Part shown: positions 9,949 through 22,380 of the stretch, one piece after another
Position numbering within the stretch: the stretch's first letter is position 1
How the letters are laid out: every line of letters begins with the position of its first letter
From: Pelagomonas calceolata
Lineage: Eukaryota
Assembly: GCA_918797485.1 (NCBI GenBank)
Contig: CAKKNE010000002.1
Location: forward strand, 5,146,001-5,210,000
DNA length: 64,000 nucleotides
Reading direction: 5' to 3'
The notes under the pieces: model-generated
Told to the model about the DNA's origin: nothing
The model's database searches: none
The model's input: the letters and a program-made list of their open reading frames with translations, nothing else
Translations under genes and position numbers: made by a program

Positions 9949-11784
9949 ACCCAGCTCGTGCAAATAAGCGACAGCGCTACATAACGGCCGCAGGATCTTT
10001 CGAGCGTTGTGCTCGCCCCAGCAGTCCGCGTCTCCGGTAGCCATGATGGCCTTCAAATCACCCCTTGCCACGAGGGGCATCACGAGATGCACCGCATTAA
10101 TATCCTCATAGAGCTCTTCGAGGCGCATGACGTGCGGGTGCCTCGCGAGCCGCATCACCGCGACTTCCACCCTCAGCGCGTCTCTCACAGCTCGCGGCGC
10201 GCCAGCCGTGCGCACGCGCTTGATCGCGAGCATGTCCCCCGTCGAACGTTTCTTGGCAGAAAATACATCGGAAAACTGGCCAGTGCCCAGTTTCGATTGC
10301 AGCTCGTACGCGTCGGCGACGGGCGTCTGGGCCGAGGCCTTCCGCAGCGCTCGCACCCAGGCGTCCCGCTCCGATCTAGAAGAAGCGTAGAGAATGCGCT
10401 CCTTGGCGCCGTGCTTCGAGCTGTCCAATTCATCATTGACCGGCGAGGGCGGCCACGACGTGCCCGGCTGGACGTGCTTCGTGAGTCTCCTGAGATTTGT
10501 CGCGGAGTTGGCCGCTCGTCGTAGGATCGAGGGAGAGCCGGGCCGTCGTCTCTGACTGTTGGCGGCCGAGCCCCAGGACGAGGGCGAACCATCAGTAGAA
10601 TCAGAGTTCAACAGTGGACTATGAGCGCCGTACTGCGAGTCGTCCAGTTCATCAAATAAGGAAGCGTGCTCGCCCGGTAAGCTTAGTACAAAACCGTGGT
10701 AGACCTCGTTCTGTTGCCCTCTTAAAGGTGAGGTCGCCGGCCGCGGTCTGTCGAGAGGCTGGACGCGACACCCCGGCAAGAACAAGACACCTTTCAATCT
10801 CTCAAGGCGGTTGTCGGCGTACTGGTAGAGATTCTTGTCGGCGAGCACATAATGCCGTCGTCTACGCGCCCCGAACCACGTCCCGAACTTGTAGAGCCAG
10901 CCCTCGCAGTCGTACGTGTCCGAGACTCTTCTCGCTAATAGTTTCGAGGCGATCCTAGGGACGTCTGACGACTCTCGCCTAGGCGAGGCCATCCTCGGTG
11001 GACTTTCTTGGGGAGTCGAGCCTTCCTTGAGTTCTAGCGCGAGGAGGGAAGGCGTCGGTCGCTGAGGTGGAGGCGGCGGTTGTTCACCCAAGCCTAGCGA
11101 AGCCAGGGCCGCCAACGACGAGGAAGACGTCTCCCTAGTAGGACTTCGCACCGTAGTGTCCGTCCAGTAGGTCGGCTCATCAGCTTGTATGGGAGGGGGC
11201 CTTTTGACAGTCGTAACTTCGGGCGCTACCTTGTTGTTGTTCCTCGGTGTTAATACTCTAGGAGCCAATGCGGCAACGGGTGGCACGAGCGCTTTGAGCA
11301 CAAAATCGGCCACGGCCGGTTGTGATCGTAGCCACCGCCCGAACTGCGCCTCATCTAATGGTGCCTGTGCACCTTTCACGAGCTCTTCGTTCGTCAACCC
11401 GTCGCCTTGTGGGGGAAAATGATTGAGCATCGCTCTTAACTCGTTCTCGTCCACTACTTGATCCGCATTCAGGTCGAACATCGCGAACAACAACGCTCGC
11501 GCCTCGAAGGCGTCTCCCCTCAGACCGACTGCCAATATACCCACGAAATTCGAGAACTCCACGCCTTCGTGGTCGCCCTGCGCTACGGCGAATAGGCGTT
11601 CTCCGACCAAGCCCGGTAAATCAAAAGCTCTCCTAAAGGTGCCCGCATCTATGCTGTCCTTCTTCGAGTGGCGTCCGGCGAGATCTCGGAAGGACTCGGT
11701 GAGGTATTGTAATTCTCTCTCATCAAAGCGGCCGGGGTGCGGCGTGTCCGGCACTGGGGCTTCTCGGGAGGCCGTGGAGCCCAT
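9445..11784 (-). CDS. EF-hand + PH + CAMK-group Ser/Thr kinase (CDPK7-like architecture), possible N-myristoylation
   Basis: MGSTAS start; EF-hand [22 protein letters not shown]...[11 protein letters not shown]; kinase [23 protein letters not shown]. Confidence 0.88.
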
Positions 11785-12113
11785 GGCTCCTACCACGTCG
11801 CGAGGAGCGCCGGGCGTCGGCGCGGCTGCGAAGGGCGCACGCTGGCCGCTTGACGCCGCCTTGGCGCGCGGCAGCTTCGCGGCGCTGCCTGGAGCTCCTA
11901 TGCCTCGGGCGTCGCTGGGTTCTCGTCCGCTGAGTTGTCCAGCGCAGCTCGTACTCCTCCGTTTACAGTTGCACCCAAACTAGACCACCGGTGCACTGGC
12001 CGGCTTAACTTTGTCAAATTACGAGATTGAAGGTTAACTCATAGGCGTGACACACTAGAAAAAAATTCAAACGGAGCCCCTCTCACTCTCGAAGAACAGC
12101 TACAAACAACGAC

Positions 12114-12380
12114 TTATCGCCCGATCATGCGTCGCACGGTGCGCAGGATCGCCGGCGTCGCGACGAGGCTCGTCTGCGCGCGCTTCCGCGTCTGCCGGTG
12201 CTGGCGCCGGAGGCCCGTGTTGTGGCCCATGCCCGCGGCCTTGCGTTTGATCGCGCCGCGCTGCGTCGCGCGGAACCGTTTCTTGGCGCCGCTATGCCGT
12301 TTATTTGAAAGGAAACGCGCGAGGAGGTCGCGCGCGCCGAGCGGTGCGCGAGTAGCGAGCAGTGCGCGCCAGGGCAGCAT
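12114..12380 (-). CDS. Organellar (probably mitochondrial) ribosomal protein bL35
   Basis: KRHSGAKKRFR..GAIKRKAAGMGHN after an Arg-rich transit-like leader. Confidence 0.8.
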   Translation of the reverse strand: MLPWRALLATRAPLGARDLLARFLSNKRHSGAKKRFRATQRGAIKRKAAGMGHNTGLRRQHRQTRKRAQTSLVATPAILRTVRRMIGR

Positions 12381-12875
12381 GGTCGCGCGATGTGTAGACC
12401 TTCGCCGGTTCGACTGTCGCTCGCGCGGCGCGGCAAGGGCTGCAGCAGCAGCAGTGCAGCAAGGATAGTGCCGGCGGGCGGGCAAGTTGGGGCGTTTCAA
12501 CGTCGCACCGATGAAAATCAATCAAATTTGCCAGCCTTAGCCCAACAGCCGCACAAATACGCTCGCGCAAGCCAACCAAGCCCAGCTAGCTAGGCATGGC
12601 AACCCGCACGGATTGCTCCGGGCCCGGCGGGGAACGGCTAAACGACGATAGATGAATGTGGCGAGTCGCGTAGGCTAAGCCATATATGCCGCGCGCGCAA
12701 GCGCAGCGCCCACTAGGAGGCAGCACAACAGCCAACCTCGAGTCGCGCAGCGCGCACGCTGCGCGGCGAGTTCCTCAGAGGCTGCCTCGCGCGGTCCCAT
12801 CCACACAACACCCAACGAGCACCCGCGCGCCGCCGCGACGGCATCGCGCACGACACCGACGGTCGACCTCCACAG

Positions 12876-14273
12876 ATGGCTGCTACGACCTCGGCCGTCG
12901 CGGCGCACGCCGCCGCCACGGCCGACGCAACGGAGGAACAGGAAGAGAAGGCGCAGGACCCGCCTCCGCTCTCGCGCCAGCAGAGCTTCCTCCAGGGCGT
13001 GCCGCACTCGCCCCAAGGCGGCTGCTGCGCGCTGCTCCTCGACTCGCACGCGGTCTACCACGGGCTGGAAGACGATCCGGATGAACCTACATACATACCG
13101 ACATCCCTAGCCCAGAAGCTCTTTCTGATCCTCGAGGATCCAAACTACAATTGTACGGCGCAACTGGTGTCTATCGTGATACTGTTACTGATCGTGCTAG
13201 GATGTATCACGTATGTGATGGAGTCGATGAGGGCGTTCCAGTACGTGAAGGATCGGTGCGATCGGATGGACCCGAAGGCTGGTGATTGTGAACCGGTAGC
13301 AAAGCCCATCTTTTTCAGGATCGAAGCCGTGTGTATTGGCGTGTTTACGGTCGAGTACGTCCTACGAATTGTTTTAGTTGGCATAGTGCCAGAACAGTGC
13401 TGGAACCCGACGTCGAAGCAAGAGCGGCCTAGGTGGAAACGGTTGAGGGCGTACGCGCTGCAGCCGATGAACGTCGTGGATCTCGTGGCCATCTTGCCCT
13501 TCTACATCGGGTTGTTCGATCTTGGGGGAGGCGGTTTTGGGGTGTTGCGTATAGTGCGTCTCGCGCGAGCGCTGCGGATGGCTCGCTCACCTAAAGTGGC
13601 GGGGTCAGTAGCCGTCTTCGGCAAGGCCATGTACGCTTCCAGTCCAGCTCTTGGTATATTGTTCTTCTTCAGCATGATGGCCTTCGTGCTGGCCGGGTCG
13701 ATAATCTTTATGTTCGAACGCGGGCACTTCAGTACGGATGAGGCCTATCGAGATTTGTGTCGGAGATCAGAGCACGACTACACGCCGCATGGCTGTTATC
13801 TGCGGCAAACGACGGACGGCCTGCAGATGGAGGCGTCGCCATATGTAAACATACCTATCAGTATGTACTGGGTGGTCGTCACAATGACGACCACGGGCTA
13901 TGGCGATTTATATCCTACGTCGACCGGTGGCAGAATCATTTCCATCCTCGTCGTCTACATGGGCATCATCGCCATCGCGTTGCCCATTACCGTAATTGGG
14001 ACGAATTTCACGCGGGAGTACGACGCGTACCGCGAGATGGAACGGCGGCTCGCGGAGAAGAAGAAGCTGCGGTGGAAGGCTTCTTTGAGAAGGGTCGTGA
14101 AGAATACCCCGGGGGGAAAGGGCAAGGTCGGCGCGGCGCCGAGTCCGCCGGCGAAGAACCCCGATAAAGAACTGCTCGAGCAGCTGCGGAGCACGCTGCA
14201 CCAGCAAAAACTGGGCCTCGAGGAGATCAGCGCGAAGGTCGAGGGCATCGCGGCGCGCGTGCTTAAGACGTAG
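12876..14273 (+). CDS. Voltage-gated K+ channel (6TM, Kv-like)
   Basis: S4 VLRIVRLARALRMAR; pore TMTTTGYGDLYP; ALPITVI S6. Confidence 0.93.
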   Translation: MAATTSAVAAHAAATADATEEQEEKAQDPPPLSRQQSFLQGVPHSPQGGCCALLLDSHAVYHGLEDDPDEPTYIPTSLAQKLFLILEDPNYNCTAQLVSIVILLLIVLGCITYVMESMRAFQYVKDRCDRMDPKAGDCEPVAKPIFFRIEAVCIGVFTVEYVLRIVLVGIVPEQCWNPTSKQERPRWKRLRAYALQPMNVVDLVAILPFYIGLFDLGGGGFGVLRIVRLARALRMARSPKVAGSVAVFGKAMYASSPALGILFFFSMMAFVLAGSIIFMFERGHFSTDEAYRDLCRRSEHDYTPHGCYLRQTTDGLQMEASPYVNIPISMYWVVVTMTTTGYGDLYPTSTGGRIISILVVYMGIIAIALPITVIGTNFTREYDAYREMERRLAEKKKLRWKASLRRVVKNTPGGKGKVGAAPSPPAKNPDKELLEQLRSTLHQQKLGLEEISAKVEGIAARVLKT

Positions 14274-14464
14274 AAGACACTAGCCTTGTGGGGGCGCGGC
14301 GACGGCGTGTACACCGCGATCCTTCGGGACCGCGGTCCCGCGGCGGCGAGGCGGTCCGCCAGCGGATCAGCATGCCAACCACTCGCACTGGCACGCCGTC
14401 GCAGCGATCCCGGTTCAGAGGGCATCGGCACGGTGGCTAGGCGGCCTTAGATCTAAGATGCACA

Positions 14465-15299
14465 TTACTCCTTCTTCCGCTCGCGCACCATGTCGAGGAA
14501 CATGGCGTGCCAGCGCGAGTCCGACGTCAGCTCGGGGTGGAACGACGTCGCAAGGATGTGGCCCTGGCGCGCAGCGACGCAGACCTCCCGCTCACCAGAA
14601 GAAGACCCCTTGCGCTTCTTCTTGGCCGGCTCGAAGGCCTCGACGTGCGGCGCGGCGTCGCGCGACGGCGCCGACGTGACGGACGCCAGGGCCTCGCAGG
14701 TCGGCCCCCGCTTCAGGATCGCCGGCGCTCTAATAAATACGGCCGGCGCCGCGTCCGGAAAGCCCTCGAGGGGCAGCTCGAAGGACGAGACTTGCGCGCC
14801 AAAGTAGTTGCGGCAGACCGTGCAGTCGAGGCCGCCGACGAGCGCCTGGCCGCCCGCCTTCTGGCCGACGCAGTCGTCCGCCAGCAGGATGAGGCCCGCG
14901 CACGTGCCGTAGGCCGGCACGCCGTTTCCTACTGCCTCGCGCAGCGCCGGAAATAAACCGTCGCCCTCGGTCATGATGGCCTGTGCGTAAATCAACCAGT
15001 GACTCGGGTGCTGTCGATGTCGTGCATGAATCGCCGCGAAATTGATTTGTGCACTGGAAGGTTGCCATCGCCGTCGACTCGCCGCCCGGGAAAATCAAGC
15101 CGTCGACGCCCGCGACCTCCTCCTTGACTCTTATTTCCCTCGTGGCTGCGCCGAGCTTGTGCAAGACGTCGATGTGCTCCTCGACGCTGCCCTGCAGCGC
15201 TAATACGCCGATGAGGGGCTTGCCGTCCGTCGCCTTTTCGTCGTGCGGCGCGTCGCCTGGCCGGCGGCCCGCGATGCGGTGCGGTGCTGCCTCAGCCAT
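14465..15299 (-). CDS. PDX2: Pyridoxal-5'-phosphate synthase glutaminase subunit; exons 15299-15066, 14980-14465
   Basis: IGVLALQG, PGGESTAM, GTCAGLILL, FIRAP, FHPEL. Confidence 0.95.
14981..15065 (-). mobile_element. Degenerate introner intron, GC-AG
   Basis: CAGTGCACAAATCAA...TTGATTTACGCACAG; removal joins ESTAM|AIM in frame. Confidence 0.75.
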
Positions 15300-15589
15300 G
15301 ATTGTTGTGTTGCCGTCAGTGGCGCTGACTGCGTTGTTTACTTCGCTGCGAGACCCAACGGTGGTCGATATGTTGCAGCGGTCCTTCAGAGCAGCAGTAC
15401 TGGTGCTGCTGGTGCAATGGGACGGACTCTCCAAGCGAGACCACCGCGTTTGCCCTCGACACGCAGATTATTAGCGTGATCAACACACTAGCCCCGCGGA
15501 AAGCTATCGAGGCAAGGCCAAAAGGATAAATATTTGGCCACGGCACGCCGTCGACGACGCGGGATATCATCAACAACAGAGATTACTCA

Positions 15590-17077
15590 TCACGGCCACT
15601 CCGCGTCGCTCGCGTCGCCGCGCGGCGGCAGCGCATCGTGCAGCGGCGACAGCGTCGGCAGCTCGCCCATCTCGACGGAGCCCGGTTCCCGCTGACGCTG
15701 TCCACCGAAGCACGTCGTCTCGTCGGCGTCGGACTCGTCCTCCTCGACGCGCGGCGGCGGCGCCGGCTTCGGTGGAGGCGCCGGCTTGCGCCGTAGGCGC
15801 GCCCGTCGGGACACGAACGCCGCAACCACGCTAGCAGCGACACACGGCGCCTGCTCCGCCGGCAAAGCGTACAGATCCACCGCGCCCCGCGCGCGCGGCA
15901 GCCGGACGCCGCCGCCGCCGTGGCACAGGACCAAATAGGCATACAACGACGGCCCGACGGCCCGGTAGTCGGCGCCGAGCTTCAAACCGTCACTCTTCAA
16001 CCGAGATGACGACAGCGGGCCCGGCGGTACTGGAGGCAGCTCGGGGTCGCCGCCTTTTGTTTCTGGTACTCCGTCACTAGGTTTTGGCGGGCTCCAGAAG
16101 GCCCAGGCGCGCCAGGTCGCGAGCCACCGTTCGTCGACGAGGTAGAGCACTTTCGACTTTGAATCGCCGGCCTCTAATAAGCGCGCGACGCGCGGCTCCT
16201 CTTCGCGCCACACGCGATCGGGATCTAGTTGGAGCACCTCCTCCAGGAGCATGGGGCTGTAGGCCCTCAATAACACGGCGGTAGCCCGATGCAACGATTG
16301 GAGCCGCCTTGCGATAACACGGCCCGCCACTGACGGCGCCTCGGGTTGGCGCGAGCGGCAGGCCTTGTCGATCGGAGATGAAACGGCGCAGAGCTTCGCG
16401 ACGCGTCCGTGGCTGTCGGGGTCCGCCCGCAACAGCTCGGCGAGCTCCCTCGTTAATATCAATGATAGACTTCGTTTGAGGAACGCGCCGGACACGCCTC
16501 TGGCGACTGAGGTGCGCCCGCAGTAGCGCACCTCGAAGTCAAATCTCAGGTCCATCGCCGTCGGCTCGGGACCCACGGAAGGACCTTGCGCCGCGACAAG
16601 AGCCCGCCGCGCGCCGACGCAGCGCACCGCGATCATCGTGGACGCGCGTTTTGGGGAAGAGCGCTTTTGAGTCAAAGGCCTTAAAACGTGGAGCAGATCG
16701 CAGGGCCCGCCGTCGAACGCGCCGTCGTGCACTAATGACGACATCCGCCTCTCCAATTCACCGGACGTGCGCCTTGCTTTGGCATCCAGTAAAGCGTGGG
16801 CCACGAGGGCAGCAGCGTGCGCTCTTGGTGGTTTTTTGCCTAGATTATTTGTGAGTGCTCTTGAAAACACGCCCTGCCTCGCTAGTAATCGCACGCAGTT
16901 CAGCCGCAATCTATCGCGCGCGACCCACGGTGGCGCGTTCTCGGGGACGTCGAGGATGGCGTGCGGGGCCTGCACCGCGTTGAGGATGCTGCTCGTGAGG
17001 TTCGGTTGTATGTGGTCCTCCTCTATCACATCTCTGTCGTCGCCGCAGATGGCGTCGAGGAAGGAGAAGTCGGCCAT
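15590..17077 (-). CDS. DUSP-domain protein
   Basis: YLVDERWLATW...PPGPL...DYRAV...LVLCHGGG in the C-terminal half. Confidence 0.7.
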   Translation of the reverse strand: MADFSFLDAICGDDRDVIEEDHIQPNLTSSILNAVQAPHAILDVPENAPPWVARDRLRLNCVRLLARQGVFSRALTNNLGKKPPRAHAAALVAHALLDAKARRTSGELERRMSSLVHDGAFDGGPCDLLHVLRPLTQKRSSPKRASTMIAVRCVGARRALVAAQGPSVGPEPTAMDLRFDFEVRYCGRTSVARGVSGAFLKRSLSLILTRELAELLRADPDSHGRVAKLCAVSSPIDKACRSRQPEAPSVAGRVIARRLQSLHRATAVLLRAYSPMLLEEVLQLDPDRVWREEEPRVARLLEAGDSKSKVLYLVDERWLATWRAWAFWSPPKPSDGVPETKGGDPELPPVPPGPLSSSRLKSDGLKLGADYRAVGPSLYAYLVLCHGGGGVRLPRARGAVDLYALPAEQAPCVAASVVAAFVSRRARLRRKPAPPPKPAPPPRVEEDESDADETTCFGGQRQREPGSVEMGELPTLSPLHDALPPRGDASDAEWP

Positions 17078-17728
17078 CTTTCGTCGCGCTCTGCAGCTCT
17101 GTATTGTGGTCTCTTGGAGTTACGGCAGTACAGCGGCGTCGGCGGCGCTTTGGACACTCTGAGCGCTGTGGAGCTGTGTTGGGCCGATGAGATATGTCTA
17201 CTCTGCGTTCAGCTTCACTGATTAGGTCGTTATAGCACCGTTCTACGCTGCGCCGAGCTTGCTTTGCTATTCCTAGTGCCTTACATGCCGCTAGCAAAAT
17301 TTTGGTTTGGGAGGACTCCCTCGGAGCCAGGGAGCGTTCCTTTTCCCCCTTGCGAGCGATTCTTTGAGCTTTTGTGAACCTCATTTTATAGTCGCCGCAT
17401 TTTGGAGACGGGCTTAATTGCAGCCTAGCTCGCTCATCGTGCATTGCCGTGTCGACAGAAGTTGCGTACGCTATTAGAAGTGATTGAGCCAGCGGTGGAG
17501 AAAAAATCGAGGCCGCGCGAGTCGCGGCGGGGCTAATAAGCGGCCTCTCTCGCTGACTGCTTGAGCACCGCCAAGCGAGCAGCGCGCGGGCCCGCCGTGC
17601 CGCTGGACCCGACGCCAGCCGACGAGAGGCCGCCGCGGCAATACGCGCTCCTCACAACCGTCACATTCACCCTTCTCGAACGCAGGTCGAACGCCGCACG
17701 GAGACGCCGCGCGGCTGAGACGACAAAT

Positions 17729-18368
17729 ATGCCGCAGGCTCATCGGGAAGCCGATCAGACCGAGAAGGCGTACCAGAAGCAGGACGCCGTGTTCCTCGGC
17801 CGCAAGCGCACGCTCGCGAAGAAGAGCAAGAAGGGTTTGAGGTATGTCCGCAACGTCGGCCTCGGCTTCAAGACCCCCAAGCTCGCGCTCGAGGGCTCGT
17901 ACGTCGACAAGAAGTGCCCCTTCACGGGCAACGTTTCTATTAGAGGACGCATCCTGAAGGGTATGGTCATCTCCACGAAAATGACGCGCACCGTCGTCAT
18001 CCGCCGGGACTACCTGAACTGGTGCGGCAAGTACCGTACTGCTACCGCGTCTTAACCGCCCATTTCCGCCGACGACGACGTCGAGGCGTCGCGTCGATGG
18101 CGTCAATGGCACCGCCGCAACGCGAGCGGGGCGCTCTCGTGATCCGGCCAGTATTCCTCACCGTCCATTCCACGCAGGCCGTTTCGAGAAGAGACATAAG
18201 AACATGTCGGTCCACGTCTCGCCCTGCTTCGAGAACGTCAAGGAGGGCGACATCGTGACCGTGGGCCAGTGCCGGCCGCTCACGAAGACGGTGCGCTTCA
18301 ACGTGCTCACGCACGAGCCGTCGGTGAACGAGGCGCTCAACGTGAAGAAGGTCTTCCGCGTCTTCTAG
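17729..18368 (+). CDS. RPS11: 40S ribosomal protein S11 (uS17); intron 18036-18177
   Basis: [59 protein letters not shown]. Confidence 0.97.
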
Positions 18369-19225
18369 AGGAAGAGGGTAATTGTTCGGTACGTTAGTCT
18401 TGCCTTGTCACAGCGACGGCATGGAGCTGGGCCAGTGTCGCGTCGATGGCGTCGGTGGGACCACCTTGTTTTGCGGCGGTTCGTTATCTGTTACGGTGCT
18501 AGGGCTAAGGAGACACCGCGCGTCGCCGATTCAAATTGCCCGATAGCTCTAAAACCTAGTATGTCTAGGCGCGCTAGGGTCGCTGCCAAAACTTTGCTTT
18601 GCGGGAGCTATTGAACCGGTTACGACTCTTGTTCGCGCCTACTGTGTGACACCACAAGCAACCCTGATAAGAGCAGCGGGTCTACTACAACCTGCGCGCC
18701 ACCCGTACAATTAGACCAATAAGCTCACTCGCTGTGCAGCAGCCGAACGCGTGCCGTGAGCGCCCGCGCGGAAATGACCCGTAACACACACGCACGCACG
18801 CACACACATGTAGCAATAGAAGATTCATAACCGCGTGGACGGTCGCGTGCCGCCGCCACCAATGCGGCAGCGCGCAACAAAATCCCGCGGGAGACTTGAC
18901 AGGACGCTCGTACTGGGCCGCCGCGGGGCGCCGCGCAAAACGTCCGGCCCCGTCGCGGCGGTCCGTTAAACGCGCCCGACACTCGCAGGTTTCAACCGAC
19001 GCCGCACGGCCGAAAAACGCGTCCGCCGCCGAGCAAAAAAAAAAAACTTCGACAGACCCCAGGGACGAAAGAACGAAAGGACCTCGCGCAGGGGTTTGGA
19101 CGCCTAGAAATAGGCGCGTGAAACGAACACATATGCAAACGTTTACTAGGGCCGAGGGGTTTCTGTCTTACACATACCGAGAGAGGAGTCAAGGCTCGTC
19201 ATGACGCGTCTCGCGCACAGGCAAA

Positions 19226-21417
19226 ATGGACATGTTAGGAGCCATGGGCCGGTCGGCCATGCGGTCGGGATCCATGGCGGCGCGAGCGGCCACCCAGGCC
19301 GGCGCCGCGGCCGTCGATAATGTTAGCTCAAAAGTCTGCGAGCGCTGCGGCGACACCAAAACGGGCTTTCGACTGACGACGTGCCCGTGCTGCGAGCGGA
19401 AGATCTGTGGGAGCTGTGGCGTCAAGGTCGTCGTGCCATCACAATGTGCCAAGTCTGGTGAAGGATGCGAGAAGGTGTCCTGCAAGGAGGAGTGCGCTCC
19501 TAGGTGTGTCGAAGTAGCTAGACAGATGTTCAGCGACGCGCTGAAGGCTTCTGTGGATGCGAACGTCGATTCCATATTAAACGGCAAGGACGACTTATTT
19601 GAGCGGCCGGACAAACCTGTGGTGGATGTCTCGGCGACGGCGTCCGCGAGGCGACTCTTACCGTTAGCCCTGAAGGCTGTGGAGTTGGCGGGCTACTCGG
19701 AGGTCATTTATGCTTACAAGCTCGCGGAGGGCGGCATCGTCGCCGCGCTGCTGACGCCGACCTTCCGCGTCTTCGTCGAGCGCGTTTTACCGATGCTGTC
19801 CAAGCACATCGAACGCGCGGGCGCCGAGATGGACACGAAGAAGAAGGGCGCGAAGGAGGCGGAGCTGGCTTTACGTTTATATTATCTAGCTTGCGGGGAG
19901 GCCGTGAAAAGGTTAAGTCATCCGCCGGACGAGGCGAAAGGCTCGCCCGCCTCGTCCAGGGAATTGGACTCGCTCGGCGCCTACGTCGGGCCGGCGCAGT
20001 GGCTCTACGCTGCTCATGAGTTAAGAGCACCGCAAGCGACGGCGGCGTGGGGCGCGTGGTACGTCAGTCGCTTGTGTCGGGCGGACGGCTGGCGGCTCGT
20101 CGCGTGTGTCGGGGCTTCTCGAGCTGAAGATTTTCGATTGGCGGTGCCGGGGTTGCCTCCCGTGCGGTTCCCGGCCTGGTGCTTGGCGTGTCGGGGCAAG
20201 GAGGCGGTCCTAGCCTTCCGCGGGTCGACGTCGCCGCAGGACTCTGCGTGGAAATCAACCAGTGAGTTAGGTTATCCACGCCATCGAGCAGATGCAGTTA
20301 CGGTGGGCACCCCGAAATTTGATTTCCACACAGGCAAGACTGGGCCATCAACAGCGAGTGTGATGAAGTAGCAATCTGCCACGAGAACGCTCCGAGTGAC
20401 TGGTCCGCCCACGGCGGCATGGTGCGGGCCGCTCGCGCGATTTTGTATGATTGTGGGGCCGCCTCAGCTGTTGCGAAGCTAAGGGCGAATGGTTTCCGAG
20501 TGAGATGTATAGGCCACTCCTTAGGTGCGGGTGTGGCCGCCCTAGCGACGACGCTGCTGAATCTCGACGACCCCTCGCACCCGCAAGTGACCGCTTCCCT
20601 CTATGCGGTGCCCGCATGTGCCTCACCAGCATTGGCCGAAGCGCTTAAGGAAACTGTAGAAGCAGCTATCCTGCGGGACGACGTCGTACCTAGATTATCG
20701 GAAAAACACTGCGCGCGACTCGCTAGAGAGGTGGTGGCGGACGACGCGCACTACCGCGAGGCCTTCGCGAAAGATCGGGCCGCGTATACGCGGTACTGCA
20801 ACACGCTCGGTAAGAAAGAAGGCATGGTCCACGCGAGTGAGGAGCCGCCGACGCCGCCGCCTCCCGTCCAAAAGGTGGAGCCTGTCAGGCTGCTCTCGGA
20901 TGATGATGTTAGGCCGCTCGTGCCGCCCGGGCGGCTCGTGTTCTGCCAGGGGCGCGACGGGGTGTTTGAAGCTCAATCAGCAGATTACACTTTGGAACCC
21001 TTGCAAGCGGTGCAGGTGACGCCGCGGGCCGTCGACGACCACTCGCTGGACGCCATCGCTTTTTCTTTGCGAGCCGTCAAGGCGCGGCGCGGGTCATCAC
21101 CAATCGTGAAGCCCGCACCATTAGCGCCAGCGAAGGTTGATGAGAAGTGGGTGCCGTGCTCCGTCTGCGGGTCGGACGTGACCTGGACGTCGTCCGTCCG
21201 CGGCAGCGACACGGCGCGCGCGTACTCGACACACCACTGCCGCGCGTGCGGTCAGGTGGTCTGCGCCTTCTGCGCGCCGGCGGCGGATTCCGTGGCTGCG
21301 GATGCCTTGGGCGAGACGCTGACCCTGCCGGACAAGCGCGTGACGCTGCCGTCCCGAGGTTGTCTCGGGCCTGTGAGGGTGTGCCGGCCGTGCCACTTCC
21401 GGGCCTACGACCTCTAA
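19226..21417 (+). CDS. Class 3 lipase flanked by N- and C-terminal FYVE-like zinc fingers; intron 20236-20333
   Basis: AFRGS, HGGM, GHSLGAG, DVVPRL; CSVC..HHCRACGQVVCAFC..RVCRPC; N-terminal CERC..CPCCERKICGSC. Confidence 0.85.
20236..20333 (+). mobile_element. Introner intron, GC-AG
   Basis: TSD GCAGGACT/GCAAGACT; TIRs CTGCGTGGAAATCAA...TTGATTTCCACACAG; removal restores frame. Confidence 0.9.
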
Positions 21418-21672
21418 TTCCCCACGTCCCTTGTGCGTCGTTGCGACGATGGCGTGACCGTGGCTTCTACACCACATCCACGCCGTCGCGGCGGCGCCTA
21501 CGGACTCCGCGAACGCGCGGCGACGGCGCGCTCGCGAGATTCCTCCCCGCCGTTTTTGTTTAAACTTTTTACTACGGAGCGTTGCCAGTGCCGTCCACGC
21601 CAGGGCACACAGATGGACACGCCCCATTTTTTTGCTACACTTACTTATAACATATCCCGCCGACGGGATATG

Positions 21673-22380
21673 TCACCGCTCCGCTCTTAAATATTCCCGC
21701 GCCCGAGCTTCGACCCGTTTCCGCACGACGACGAAGCCGATGTCCCTTTTTTTATCCTTCATCTTCTTGAGGGGCATGGGGTTGCTGTCCGCCAGCGTCT
21801 TGAGCGAGTCCTCGCCCGAAGCATCTATGAGTCGATCTTGTCGGGAGATCTCGCGATCCACCGCGTTTTGTTTCAACCACTTGTTGTGGCCTTCGATGCG
21901 CTTCTCGTGCTTGTGGAGCCACGACCGCGTGCCGTCGTGGATATTCGCCAATTGATTATAGGCCGCCGTAGGCATGACTTCCAGCTCGAGACCGGGCAGG
22001 TCTTCTTTATTCCTTTTTTGTTCCTCGACCGCCAACTTGATCTCGTGCTCGTCCATGCCCTTCTTCGCTAACCGTAGAGTTCGTCGTCGCTGGTGGGGCG
22101 TTTGCGTCGAGCCAGGAAATTGTTCGTGGGACAAAATAACCGTTTCTTTCTTGTCGACCAACTCCTCCAGGTCCTTCTTCATGCGCTCAAAGTCCTCCCT
22201 CTCGGAACCGAAGGCTATGCGTTCGCACTTTTCGTCGCTGACACTTTCCCGGAATCGCCGCTTGCACCGTTCGCAGAACTCGACCTCGCCTCTACAATAT
22301 TTGCAGGGGCTCATCCGACCGGTGCTCTTCGTTGACGCCGTGGAGGCGGTGCTGGCCGTCTTGGAGATGGTGCTGGCCAT
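21673..22380 (-). CDS. Hypothetical protein (CxxC..CxxC knuckle, charged coiled coil)
   Basis: Open frame from MASTISK; CKYC..CERC; E/K-rich. Confidence 0.6.
   Translation of the reverse strand: MASTISKTASTASTASTKSTGRMSPCKYCRGEVEFCERCKRRFRESVSDEKCERIAFGSEREDFERMKKDLEELVDKKETVILSHEQFPGSTQTPHQRRRTLRLAKKGMDEHEIKLAVEEQKRNKEDLPGLELEVMPTAAYNQLANIHDGTRSWLHKHEKRIEGHNKWLKQNAVDREISRQDRLIDASGEDSLKTLADSNPMPLKKMKDKKRDIGFVVVRKRVEARAREYLRAER

Noticed and set aside
21651..21672. 9-bp hairpin CATATCCCG-CCGA-CGGGATATG after a stop codon
   Set aside because: Single short stem, no U-tract or second copy; not interpretable
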